This document shows, in pieces, positions 23,163 through 35,079 of a stretch of DNA of 64,000 nucleotides (positions are counted from its first letter, which is position 1; each line of letters begins with the position of its first letter). The translations under genes and the position numbers were made by a program. Source of the DNA: Podospora anserina (Eukaryota). Below the pieces are notes generated by a model. That model was not told the DNA's origin and ran no database searches. It saw only the letters and a list, made by a program, of their open reading frames with translations. The stretch lies in NCBI GenBank assembly GCA_017654855.1, contig CM030339.1, positions 1 through 64,000 on the forward strand. The letters are read 5' to 3'.

Positions 23163-25646
23163 ATGAATACTTTATTTAATACTGTTAATTTTTGAAGATA
23201 TAATAGTAGTCCTCTAACTCAATTTGAAATAAAAGATCTAATAAGCATTGATACACCTATTTTAGGGAATTTACATATTTCTATCACTAATATAGGGTTT
23301 TATTTAACAATGGGGGCTTTTTTTTTATTAATTATAAATCTATTAAGTACAAATTACAATAAATTAATTGGTAATAGCTGATCCATAAGTCAAGAATCTT
23401 TATATGCAACTCTTCATAGTATCGTAGTAAATCAAATAAATCCTAAAAATGGTCAAATATATTTTCCTTTTTATTTATGCTTTATTTATATTTATTTTAA
23501 TAAATAATTTAATTGGGATGGTACCATATAGCTTTGCTTCTACAAGCCATTTTGTTTTAACATTTGCTCTTAGTTTTACTATAGTTTTAGGTGCAACTAT
23601 TTTAGGGTTCCAAAACATGGATTAGAATTTTTTTTTTTTATTAGTACCAGCTGGTTGTCCTCTAGGATTACTACCTTTATTAGTATTAATAGAGTTTATC
23701 TCGTACCTTGCGAGAAATATATCTTTAGGTCTTAGATTAGCTGCAAACATAAAAAAAATTGAGATTAGGTGCCTCATTTTGTTGTGTTAAAGAGCCAAAC
23801 TCCAGGGAAGCCCTAAAGCTCTAATAACTAAAGATAAGACGGAAACTTCTTACCTGGCCTCATTAATGATTGAGGGTATAGTAATATAATTAGAGATTCT
23901 AGTAATAGAAATGGGTGATCGTGGATCTAAATCAGTAATAATTTAAAAGATTATTGTAAAAGAGCAACGAGTAGACGGTTCTTTCATTAGTTTAAACTAA
24001 TGGTAAGGTGTACTCTAGTCGCCAGGAAAGCTGGTTCTTAGGAGAAACTAAGTAACCTAAGATTAAAGATATCACAATAGCCTATCCTTATTTTATAATA
24101 TTTAATCCCTTTGTTTTATTCCCTCTAGGGGCTTCGCCACCTACAAGAATAATAATAAAGAATCGAAAAGGAAAATAAAGAAAGAAAATAACTACACTAT
24201 CGTGTGTAGACTTATATAATCTTTCGATTATTTTCTCCGTAGTAACCATGAAAAGTCTATACTGTGACACTTTACAGAAAGGATAAAGTATATAAATACC
24301 TTTATATAAAGGGGACAAAGTTTATATATACCTTTAAAGAAAGGATAAAGTTGTGAACGACTTATATTATCTTTGGCTAAAAATTCTACTAAGAGATCTG
24401 TCATCTCAGATTATTTTCACGTATATAATGTGGGATCGCGTAGCATAATTTTTCAATAAAAATTATACCTTCTCTACGAATTGTTCCAGACCTATTGGCG
24501 TAAGAATGTTTTCAACTTCAAAAGTGACAATTCCTCTTCCGCTCTAGCTATTTTCTCTGATGCGGACATAGACAAACTAAATATTCTTAACTATGTTAAA
24601 GGTAAATCTGGAATTTATATGTGAACTAACAAATTGAATGGTAAGAAATATGTAGGGAGTTCTGTGGATTTAAGACGTAGGCTTTCGGAGTATTACAATA
24701 TAAACAGAATACTAAACGAAAAAGTATGCCTATTAACGTAGCATTATTAAAGTATGGTTACACTAATTTTACTTTAACTATCTTAGATATTTGCGACAAG
24801 GATAGTCTAATGTCTAGAGAAAACACTTTTTGAGTGTACTCCCCGAGTATAATATATTAAAAATACCCGGAAGCCCTTCTCGAGGATCTGGATGAAAACA
24901 TTCTGAAGCTACAATAGAGAGTATGCGTATAGCCGCATCTAAGACATTCAAATCTCCGGAATTTTTAACTAAATTATCTAAAGGTCAATCTAGTGGTATC
25001 GAAGTTGAGGTAACTGATTTGAAAACAAATACTACTACTACTTATCATGCCATTAGAGCTGCAGCCCGAGCTTTAGATATAGATAAGAGATATATTGAAC
25101 ATTACATTTACTTGAAACAAAATAAACCCGTTTTAGGTAGATATACTTTTAAATTAAACTTAAACTCAGATGAGGAAAGTAGAAATTTAATTCACAAAAG
25201 GTTCAGAAAACCTCTATGAAAGTAGAGGTTACTAACGTTGACACTAAAGAAGTTACAGTATATTCTTCTATTTCTGCTGCTGCGAAAGCATTAGGTTATC
25301 GTCAGCCCAGTTTATCTTTATACTTAAAAGAAAATAGAAGTAAACCTTTTAAAGGAAAATATTTATTCAAATTAGTAGACTAGAATACTGTGGTATGTGT
25401 TAATAAATAGCCTAATATAAGGATGAATTTGTTGAACGACTTTCAGGTCATATGCTGTTACATATTTTAGCAGGTTTTACTTATAATATAATGACATCGG
25501 GTATTATATTCTTTTTCCTGGGTTTAATTCCTTTAGCCTTCATTATTGCTTTTTCTGGATTAGAGTTAGGTATTGCCTTTATACAGGCTCAAGTTTTTGT
25601 AGTATTAACAAGTGGATATATAAAAGACGCACTTGATCTACATTAA
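23163..25646 (+). CDS. atp6: ATP synthase subunit 6; exons 23163-23750 and 25439-25646
   Basis: SPLTQFEI, NNLIGMVPYSF, SLGLRLAANI^LSGHML, LELGIAFIQAQVF. Confidence 0.95.
23751..25438 (+). mobile_element. Group I intron (IC2-like) in atp6
   Basis: AACAT^...GAACG^ACTT restores NILSGHM. Core AAAGAGCAACGAGTAGACGG and GGTGTACTCTAGTC. Confidence 0.88.
24361..25383 (+). CDS. GIY-YIG endonuclease with two NUMOD1-like repeats (atp6 intron)
   Basis: GKSGIYMWTNKLNGKKYVGSS, PEYNILK, VEVTDLKTNTTTTYHAIRAAARAL and VEVTNVDTKEVTVYSSISAAAKAL. Confidence 0.85.
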
Positions 25647-25892
25647 AATAAAATGCGGCAAAAGTTTTTAGTTTTTTAGAGTTTGCGCCCGTAGCTTTAA
25701 GACTTTATAATTTTTGTTTTTACCTGAAATGTTTTAGTTTATTACCTCCTGTATTATTTATATATGTGCGCATTAACACAGAAGTAAAGGATAGCCTTTT
25801 TAGTCTATTCAATATACACCTCATCTCATATTGAGGTTATTGGATAGTTTTTTCCAATTTGTGCCTTTTCTATTCCATTTCGTTTGTAAACT

Positions 25893-25933
25893 AAAAAAAA
25901 AAAACCACCTTTTTAAAAAAGGTGGTTTTTTTT
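25893..25933. terminator. Perfect hairpin A-run-CCACCTTTTT/AAAAAAGGTGG-T-run downstream of the RNA polymerase remnant
   Basis: Inverted repeat seen directly. Terminator function is inferred. Confidence 0.45.
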
Positions 25934-26124
25934 TAATTACTCTAAAGTAGTTAACCAAAAAAAAGGCTAAACCGCTTAAAGATAGTAATAAAAGACTACA
26001 ACTACAAAGGTAAACATAACTAAAATAAAAAGTAAATATAAACTACTTACATTAATAATATTAAATTAATTAAAATATATCGAAAATTACTCCTAAATAT
26101 TAGGAGTTTGTAGATCCTAATATA

Positions 26125-28015
26125 TTAGTTTAAAATGTAACTACTTTTCTTTAATACATTAAAATCAAAATCTGAAGGTACTATACCTATTACTTTTTGT
26201 ACATCAGGAAATTTTATAGGATCAGGAAAACTGTCACCAGTTATTTCTAAGGTTTCTTCATTAAAACAACCCTTATTTTGAGTACTACGAATATTTTTCC
26301 TAATATCATCATCTAATTTCAATAGGTATTTATCATCAGAGTATAATTTAATATAAGTTAATTTTAATAAACTAATAAGACATTCCATTTTATTGGCGGG
26401 TACTGCAAAACAATCATGGATTGTATAAATATTTTTAACATCAATTGATTCTTTAAAATAAAAGTCTAATAATAATGTTAGAGAAGCTGCATCTAATGAG
26501 TGAACTAAATTAGGCATAAATGCAGTAATTTGTTTTGAATTATTAAATTGAGTTTTATTTAGTACTTTCATAGAGAACTTTTTATTAGAATGGTTGAAAG
26601 GTTTTATCCTTACCTCATCGCGTATCATATAGCTTTGTCTAACTACTAAACCAGTAGGTAATGTTCATATGATTGGAATCTCTAATAAAGTACAAACTCG
26701 AGCAACTTGATCTAAATACTTAAGTAAAGATCTAATTTATGGAATTTTTCATGTAGTACTTTTCTTAATCCTTTACCTAATACAGTAAAATCTAGACTTT
26801 TTAACCGTATACTGGGTTCATTTTTATAAATATACCATTCTAAACTATTATCTTCTAATTCAAATCCTTCTCTTATATAGTTAATAAGAGAGAAGTTACT
26901 AACATTATAAGGTATTGTCATAATACCTTTTTTAATAATTTCTCTAATAATCTTCATATTAATTAATCTATTATATGACTCACTCTCCTTAGGTGTTAAG
27001 TTTTTATTTTCTAAAAGCTCTGTTTTTAAATAATCGATAAAACAAACAACTAAAAAGGTATAAAAATCTTTTGGTACATCATCTCAAGTGGATTCACTTA
27101 AATTTAATTCTTTACTTAAGTTTGAGTCTAAACTCAATAAAGATAAGTGCTGAAATCCATTACATGTAGCATCCATTTGAATAGGTAAATATGTATCAAA
27201 TCAACTAACATCATGGTTATCCAAACAATTTAAGTATCTGTTATACTCAATACAAAAAAAGGCTAGGAATAAAAATTTATTCTTAGCTTCTTTAATTAAT
27301 TTACCATTACGATAATTTTTTATATTATTTAGATTTTTGTCAACTCATTTGATTCTATCATTTGCTGATAACTTATCTAAACCAAAGCTAGAACCTCCAT
27401 ATATTTTTAAATAACTTAAGGCAATATAATCTTTTTTATACATTCTACCAGGTTTACTAAACAGTAATAAAGATTTAGCTAAATCTGTTGATTGATAATT
27501 TAAATATTCTGGAGTACAGTATACTCTACCTCTAAAATCTGCATTTACAGGTATAAAAAATTCAGGAATATTTCTAAATATTTCAGCTAATCCTAGTATA
27601 TTTTCTTGAAGTTCTTTTTTAGCTAAAAAACTATCTAATTCCATTTTTTCTTTTTTAGTTAACTTAGATTTTTTAAGTAAAGGATGACTATATCTAGGAT
27701 CTATCAATTCATTTTTAAAATAATCACTACCATAAAGTTCAATAAAATCTAATACATCTGTATTAATTTTATATCCTATCGAACTTAAATTATTTACTAA
27801 ATCAAATATTTGATTAAAGTGTAGGATTTGAGTATTATCACGCAGATTTCACTTTTCTTTTACAATATTCTCATTTATATATAGATCATTACTTAGATAA
27901 CCTCCATTTACCCTAGTTGTATAAGGTTTAGGCTTTACTATCATAGGTATTTTTTTTGGTAAAACAAATAGTGTTCCATCTTCTGGCAATACCTTTAAAA
28001 TCTTTTTAGTAGGTT
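26125..28015 (-). pseudogene. rpo: 5'-truncated T7-like single-subunit RNA polymerase from a linear mitochondrial plasmid
   Basis: [22 protein letters not shown] (motif A), REIIKKGIMTIPYN (motif B), AFMPNLVHSLDA, TIHDCF (motif C). Confidence 0.9.
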
Positions 28016-28866
28016 TTCAGTTATTAAGGGTAATACCACGTCTTTGTACTGTGATTAGATGTGATATTGAAGGACCACGCAATAGTGGTGAATGTTTTCA
28101 AACCCCTCTATTTTTATTTTTGTCTAAATTTATACCTTTTAGACAAAATCAGTTAAGCCCTTGGTGAGGCAAAATGGTACAAAATAGTTTTTTTTAGAGC
28201 TCACACCCTTAAAAAAACTATGGTACTTAATCTGAAATCGAAGGGTCAGCGATTAAATATTATTTTTATGAAAAATTACATACGGAATATATGTAGTCCA
28301 CTTTAAGTAAATTTTAATTATCTAATGAAACTAAAAGTATACCTTTCATAAGGTAATGCGAGAGTATTTACGTATAAACACGAACCTTTTTAAGATTTGG
28401 ATTTAGTATATAAATACTTGGGTATTATACACTAAATATTTATTAGGGGTTGTTTTATCAGAAAATAACCACAAATTTTTAAAAAAATTTGTGAGAGTAT
28501 ATAAAGCTAAAATCCATGATTTTCAATTTTCTACTGCTTTAGAGAAAAATTCAAAAATTGGATCTTTAGAGATGATAGACTACTCTCTAGATATGTCCCA
28601 AATTACAAGTTGAAATCCTACTCTTCTCGCTTTAATATATAACATTAGCGAGCTCTATAGATTTAAAGGAAGGAGACTATTTTATTAAATCGCTAGTTAT
28701 TCCTCTTAATTATGCAATAGGAGGTACAGGGTAGTGTGGCCACATATGCTCCATTCTTGTTTTATTTATTCCTATATCCTGTTAATTATTATATAAATTT
28801 TAATAGTATTAAAATTTTATAGAAATCTTAGAATATTAAAAAATCTACTTTTTTATCGTAACTTAA

Positions 28867-28938
28867 AAGAAATTAGCTCAATGGTAGAGCAACCGTTTTA
28901 CACACGGAAGGCTATGAGTTCGAATCTCCTATTTCTTA
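28867..28938 (+). tRNA. trnV: tRNA-Val(TAC), copy 2
   Basis: Identical to 20563-20634 except one D-loop base. Confidence 0.92.
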
Positions 28939-29122
28939 TAAGGCAGGTGCGAGCTCTATATTTATAGCTCGCACCTAAACATGATTAAATTTAGGTGCGT
29001 TCTCTAAATATATTGATATATATTATAAAGTTTTGTGTAGTTTATAGTAGGATGCTTGGTTTGGTTTAATTATCTTTATTATTTTTTTTTTCAATTTAAA
29101 TTTATTTTTTTTTTACACACCC

Positions 29123-32100
29123 ATGAGAATATTAAAAGTCATCCTTTATTGAAATTAGTTAATTCCTATCTTATTGATGCGTCACAACCAAGTAACATAA
29201 GTTATTTATGAAATTTTGGTTCTTTTTATTATTACTTTGTTTAATTATACAAATTATAACAGGTGTAACTTTAGCCATGCATTATAGTCCTAATGTATTA
29301 GAAGCTTTTAATTCTATAGAGCATATGTACTCGTAATGTGCTCTTTAAATCGGGTTAAATTGCTGAAAACCCCCTGATTATCAGGGGACAATCAGCAGGT
29401 AAGTTGATCGGCATAGGGATACCCTAAATGTCGATTATCATCTTCAGAGACTACACACTTGACACCTATCAAGGTGATGATATAGTCCAAATTTTACTGC
29501 AAAGTAAAACAAGAATGATTACCTATCTATGCCTAAATGATGTAGGCATAACTTTATTATTATTTATTTTCGTATCAGGTATTAAAAAATAAAATGGGAT
29601 TACGTAAATTTTCTAGTATAACAGTACGGGATACACAAAATGAATCTTTTAATAATAACAATAGTGTAAATAAAAATAACGAATTTTTACATTGGTTTAG
29701 TGGGTTTACTGATGCTGAGGGTAATTTTTTAATAAGCATAGATCGTAATTATGTCAAATTAAGATTTAAAATTAGTTTACATATAGATGATCTAAAGTTC
29801 TTCAAGTTATTCAATCAAATTTAAACATAGGTAGAATAACCGTAGAAGAAGTTAGAAGTCGCTGTTCTTTCATTGTAGAAGATATTTCAGGTATTAATAC
29901 AATATGTTCTATATTTAATAATTACCCCTTACATACTAGTAAAAAACTAGATTTCCAAGATTTTTATGAAGCTTTGCTAATTAGAACTAAAGAAAAATTA
30001 TATCTCCCACTAATTTAGAAAAAATATTATGCTTAAAAAATGGTATGAATTCTAAAAGAGAAATATTTACGTATGATATAACAAAATCTCAAATTATAAT
30101 AGACCCTAACTGATTTATAGGTTTTATGGAGGGTGAAGGAACTTTTGGTATTAAAACAGGATCATCATTGTATTTACAAGTAGCTCAAAAAATACAAGTC
30201 AGGAATGTTTAAATGGAATAACTAATTATTTAATTGCTTTATCCAACAATACTAAATACTTTCATACTCAAAGTAATAAAATATTACCTTTAAATGTTAC
30301 AAGTGCAATTAATGCTAAAACAAGTGTAGTATCTTTGGTAGTGAGTAATATAGATGCTCTATATTATTATATTTTACCTTTATTGGATGAATCTAAATTT
30401 TATAGTCGTAAATTCGAAGATTTTAAATTATGAAGAATGGCTTTAATATTGAAAATCCGAGGATATTATTATACACTTGAGGGTAAAAATCTATTCTTAG
30501 AAATATCAGAAATTCTTAATAAAAGATATAGTACACAACTGTGTCGAGTGAGAATGTTAAGGAAATAATTAATAATATTAGCAAAAAAAGTTTGAAGATA
30601 TTATAAAAAAGATTCTCCTTTTGATATAGAGTTAGATATACCGCACACTGAAAATGTACGTAAGTTTAGTATAGCTAATAGATCTGAAAAGCCTAAAACT
30701 GTATATATTTATACAAATGAAGGTTTAATAGAAGGATCTCCTTTTTACTTCGTATAGTGCAGCACATTTTAATTTACTTGGTATAGTGAAGTACCCCTTC
30801 CCTTCTTTAAAACACTAAATCTTTGATACTAATAAACTTAATAAAGACAAATATACTCTAATAACCTAGATTGTCGACGTCTAAAATATTAAGGAAGTGG
30901 GTCGCTTACTTAAATTAAAGCCGCCCTTCCTTTTTTATTTTTATCTAGAGATATAGTAGATAAATATTTCATTTTTAATTATTATGGTTATTTACGTGTA
31001 CGGTTTCATATTATTTATTATAATTCCTTTATTATCTTATTCTAACGCAGATACTGCAAAAGAGGTAATTATTAAAGAAGTTAAAGGTAAAGCTGGTATT
31101 TACCGTTGAATTAATAACAATAACGGTAAATGCTATGTGGGAAGTTGTGTTGATTTATCTAAACGTCTTTATAGATATTATAGTTTAGCACATATTACTC
31201 AACAATCTAAATTTAGTTTAATATGTAAAGCTCTACTTAAAAGAGGTTACTCCTCTTTTACTTTTGAAATTTTAGAGTATTGTAATAAAGAAGATGTTTT
31301 AATTAGAGAACAATATTATTTAGATTTATTGAAACCGGAATATAACATTTTAAAATTGCGGGTTCACCTCTTGGTTATAAACATACTGAGGAAGATAAAG
31401 AAAAAATGAGAGGTCCTAGAAGTTTAAATCCAGAACATTTAGCTAAAATTAGATCACATATTTCTAAACTTAATGCTAAAAAGAGCTATTAGTTTTGTTG
31501 TTAATGATCTGGAGAAAAGACTTTGACTGAATTTTCTTCACTACGTGCCGCAGCTAGAGAATTGCATATTGCAGAAGTATCTATCAAAAAATATTTAAAT
31601 AATTCTAAATTATTTAAAAATCGTTATATTTTTTACTTCTAAAGTAAATAAATAATAAAAAGGATAAAATTAATTTAGGTTAATTAAATCCTAGTAGTAA
31701 TACTTGTAATCGTTATATAGATACAAATAGATTATATAAAAATAAATATATTTTTCCTCTAATCCCATAGATAGCGCGTCTAGGTGTTAGCTTATAGTAG
31801 ATAGATTTCATCTGTATACGATTATGAGAGATGTAAATAATGGATGATTAGTACGTTATTTACACAGTAACACAGCTTCAGCTTTTTTTTCTTAGTGTAT
31901 TTACATATAGGAAGAGGAATGTATTATGGATCATATAGAGCTCCTAGAACATTAGTTTGAGCTATAGGTACAGTTATACTTATAGTTATGATTGTAACTG
32001 CTTTCCTGGGTTATGAATATAGCCCAAAATGGTTTAATATAAGTAATAAAGAAAATATAATAAAGCATAATAAAATAAACAATCATAGACTGTTTAATAA

Positions 32101-35079
32101 AAGCATAGTTAAAAGAGGATATTGTACAGGCCGTCCAAAAGATAATATTGAAATTTCTGAAAGACTAAAAACAATTATTCAAGAATTAGGTTTAAACCCT
32201 GTATATGTTTATGAAAATTTAAATTTAGAAGATACTAGAAAACAAATTTTAAACGATACTAGAGGTTTAAGCGGTATATATATGATAGTTAATAAAGTAA
32301 CTAAAGATTATTATATAGGTTCTGCGTCGACTAATAGATTTTACGCTAGATTCAGTAATCATGTTATTTATTTCAGAGGAAGCAAAAATAGTTAAATTAG
32401 CAATAAAAAATATGATTTAATAAATTTTGCTTTTTATTGTATTAGATTTATATCCTAATATTGTTACTAAGGAAAATAAACAAAGAATTATTGGATTTAG
32501 AAGATAAATATTTAAAATTGTTAGTACCTAATTATAATATTTTGACAGAAGCAGGTTCTAGTTTTGGTTACAAACACACTGAGATTGATCGTCAAAAGAT
32601 GAAAGATATTTATAGTGACGCTAGACGTGAAAGAATCGGTAATCTAAACAAAGATAAAAAGCTTTCTCCTGAAACCATAGAAAAATAAGAGAAAAGGCTT
32701 TAAATAGACCTTCTATGTCTGATGTAACTAAACAAAAGTGTATAACTAATACAAGACCTGTTGTGTTGTATAATTTAAATGGAACTGTTTACGGTGAATA
32801 TTCTACTATTTTAGATGCAGCTAAATCTATAAACTGTGACGAAAAAAACTATTAGAAGAGCATTAAAAACAGAAAAAGATTAGTAAAAAGACAATGAATA
32901 GTAAAAAGATTTCAAGTAAATAGTTATTTTATTATCAAGGCTGCGCTATCCTTTGGATAGTGAAACAGCTAAAGCTCTTTATTATACTTTATTTTTATAT
33001 TAAATTATAGTTCCATGAGTAACAATCTTTTTGTAATCTTTATAGAAAAAAAAAGATTAAAGTGGTATATCCCGACAGGGATATAGAATAGTCTTTATGA
33101 TTATTTGGCAATGTTAGTGAAAACGATCAAAGAAGTTTAAACTTCAAGATCGTCGGTTATATAAATGATCGCGACAGACTGGGTCACTAATGGGTGGCTG
33201 AAATGCTGCTTAATGCACAGGCGAAACTTTTGGTTAGGTGCAAGCTCTTCATTTAACTAATAGAATATACGAATTTAAAGTTATTCTAGCTTATTATCTA
33301 TATATAATAAGTAAGTTTGTATGTTCTGCCTTACGGGCAAATGTCCTTATGAGGTGCTACGGTTATTACTAACCTTGTTAGTGCTATACCATGAATCGGA
33401 CAAGATATTGTTGAGTTCATTTGAGGAGGTTTTTCTGTTAATAATGCTACTTTAAATAGATTCTTTGCTTTACATTATCTATTACCTTTTATATTAGTAG
33501 CTTTAGTGTTAATGCATTTAATTGCACTTCACGATACTGCAGGTTCAAGTAACCCTTTAGGTATTTCAGGTAATTACGATAGAATAACATTTGCTCCTTA
33601 TTACTTATTTAAAGATTTAATTACAATTTTCATCTTTATTTTTGTTTTAAGTTCATTTGTTTTCTTTATGTCTAATGTTTTAGGTGATAGTGAAAATTAT
33701 ATAATGGCAAATCCTATGCAAACTCCTGCAGCTATTGTGCCTGAATGATAAAGTAAAATAAATGTCATTCTAAAAAATTTCATGAACTGCTGGGAACCCT
33801 TTTTAATTTAAAATTAAAGACGACAATCAGCAAGAAAGCCTTTTATTAAGCTAGTATATACTAAGTTAATTAAGGAATCTTCAGAGGCTATGCACGAGAC
33901 AATTAAAGGCGCTTTGGAGCTCGCGCCTTAATTGAAGAGATAGTCCGATCATGGTAGTGATACTATGAATTTAACACACCATCAATTGATTTATCCCCTA
34001 TATTATTCTTTATGTATAGTTCAGTATTATTTGCTGCACGTTCAACCAAAGGAATAACTCGTTTATCTCCTGCTGAAAGAGCTTCAAAAATTACCTGACG
34101 AAGTAAAGGAAATATTAATAGGGATTTTACTTGGTGATGCCCACATAGTAAGAAGATCACCAACTGCTAATTCTAGATTAGTTTATGCTCAAACTGCCAT
34201 AAAACATAAAGAATATTTCGATTATGTATTTAGTTTCTTTTACCTTTTTGTGCAAATGACTATAAACCCCAATCTAGACTAGTAGTGGACAATAGCACTA
34301 AAAAATATACAGTGCTATATCATTCACAACTATGCAACTTCCTTGTTTTAATGTATATAGAGAATTATTTTATGATTTAAATAGAAAAAAAAAATAGTTC
34401 CCGAAAATATAAGAGAATTGTTAACTCCCCGTGGTTTAGCTTTTTTGAATTATGGATGACGGAAGTAAACAAGGTAGCGGTTTACATATAAGCGTTTATG
34501 GATTCTCTAATACAGATGTCGATAAATTAATGTTTACTCTACAAGATAAATTTAATCTTAAATGCTCTATACATTATAACAGGGATAATAAACCCTGTAT
34601 TTATATATTTAAAGAATCCATGGATACTTTAATAACTTTAGTAAAACCTTATTTTATTAAAGAAATGTTATATAAATTAGATTATAAAGCTGTCATTTTA
34701 TAAGTTTCCCTTTGGGGTATAACCTAATTGACCCATTGATTTATTACCTTTCTATGCTATATTAAGATCTATACCTAATAAATTATTAGGTGTTATAGCT
34801 ATGTTTGCTGCTATTTTAGCAATAATGCTATTACCTATAACAGATTTAGGTAGATCAAAAGGTTTACAGTTTAGACCTTTAAGTAAATTTGCTTTCTGAG
34901 TTTTTGTAGTAAATTTCTTAATCTTGATGAAATTAGGAGCTTGTCATGTGGAAACTCCATTTATAGAATTAGGGCAATTAAGTACAGCTCTATATTTCGG
35001 TCATTTTATAATAATTGTACCTATAATTAGTTTAATTGAGAATACTTTAGTTGATTTAAACACTATGAGTAAGGGATAA
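29123..35079 (+). CDS. cob: Apocytochrome b; exons 29123-29324, 31821-32011, 33320-33749, 34739-35079
   Basis: SYLWNFGS, EH^[12 protein letters not shown]^[20 protein letters not shown]^[11 protein letters not shown]. Confidence 0.95.
29594..30870 (+). CDS. LAGLIDADG endonuclease (cob i1 ORF1, frameshifted)
   Basis: [12 protein letters not shown] and [13 protein letters not shown]. Confidence 0.85.
30984..31655 (+). CDS. GIY-YIG endonuclease (cob i1 ORF2)
   Basis: [37 protein letters not shown]. Confidence 0.85.
32012..32923 (+). CDS. GIY-YIG endonuclease in frame with cob exon 2
   Basis: [39 protein letters not shown]. Confidence 0.88.
32012..33319 (+). mobile_element. Group ID intron cob i2 (cob393 site)
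   Basis: Core GATCGTCGGTTAT, CGACAGACTGGGTCAC, GCTGAAATGCTGCTTAATGCACAG. Ends AAGTTTG. Confidence 0.9.
33750..34738 (+). mobile_element. Group IB intron cob i3 (cob823 site)
   Basis: Core GAACTGCTGGGAA, AATCAGCAAG, CAGAGGCTAT, GAGATAGTCC. Confidence 0.87.
33965..34703 (+). CDS. LAGLIDADG_2-type endonuclease (cob i3, frameshifted)
   Basis: [12 protein letters not shown] and WIMDDGSK. Confidence 0.82.

Larger units (their letters stand above)
29325..31820 (+). mobile_element. Group I intron cob i1 with two ORFs
   Basis: Core AAATTGCTG, AATCAGCAGG, CAGAGACTAC, GATATAGTCC. T^ and G^ boundaries. Confidence 0.87.

Noticed and set aside
28040-28080. VIRCDIEG peptide resembling RT domain 3
   Set aside because: It is too short, and no neighbouring RT motifs (PQG, YADD) are present.
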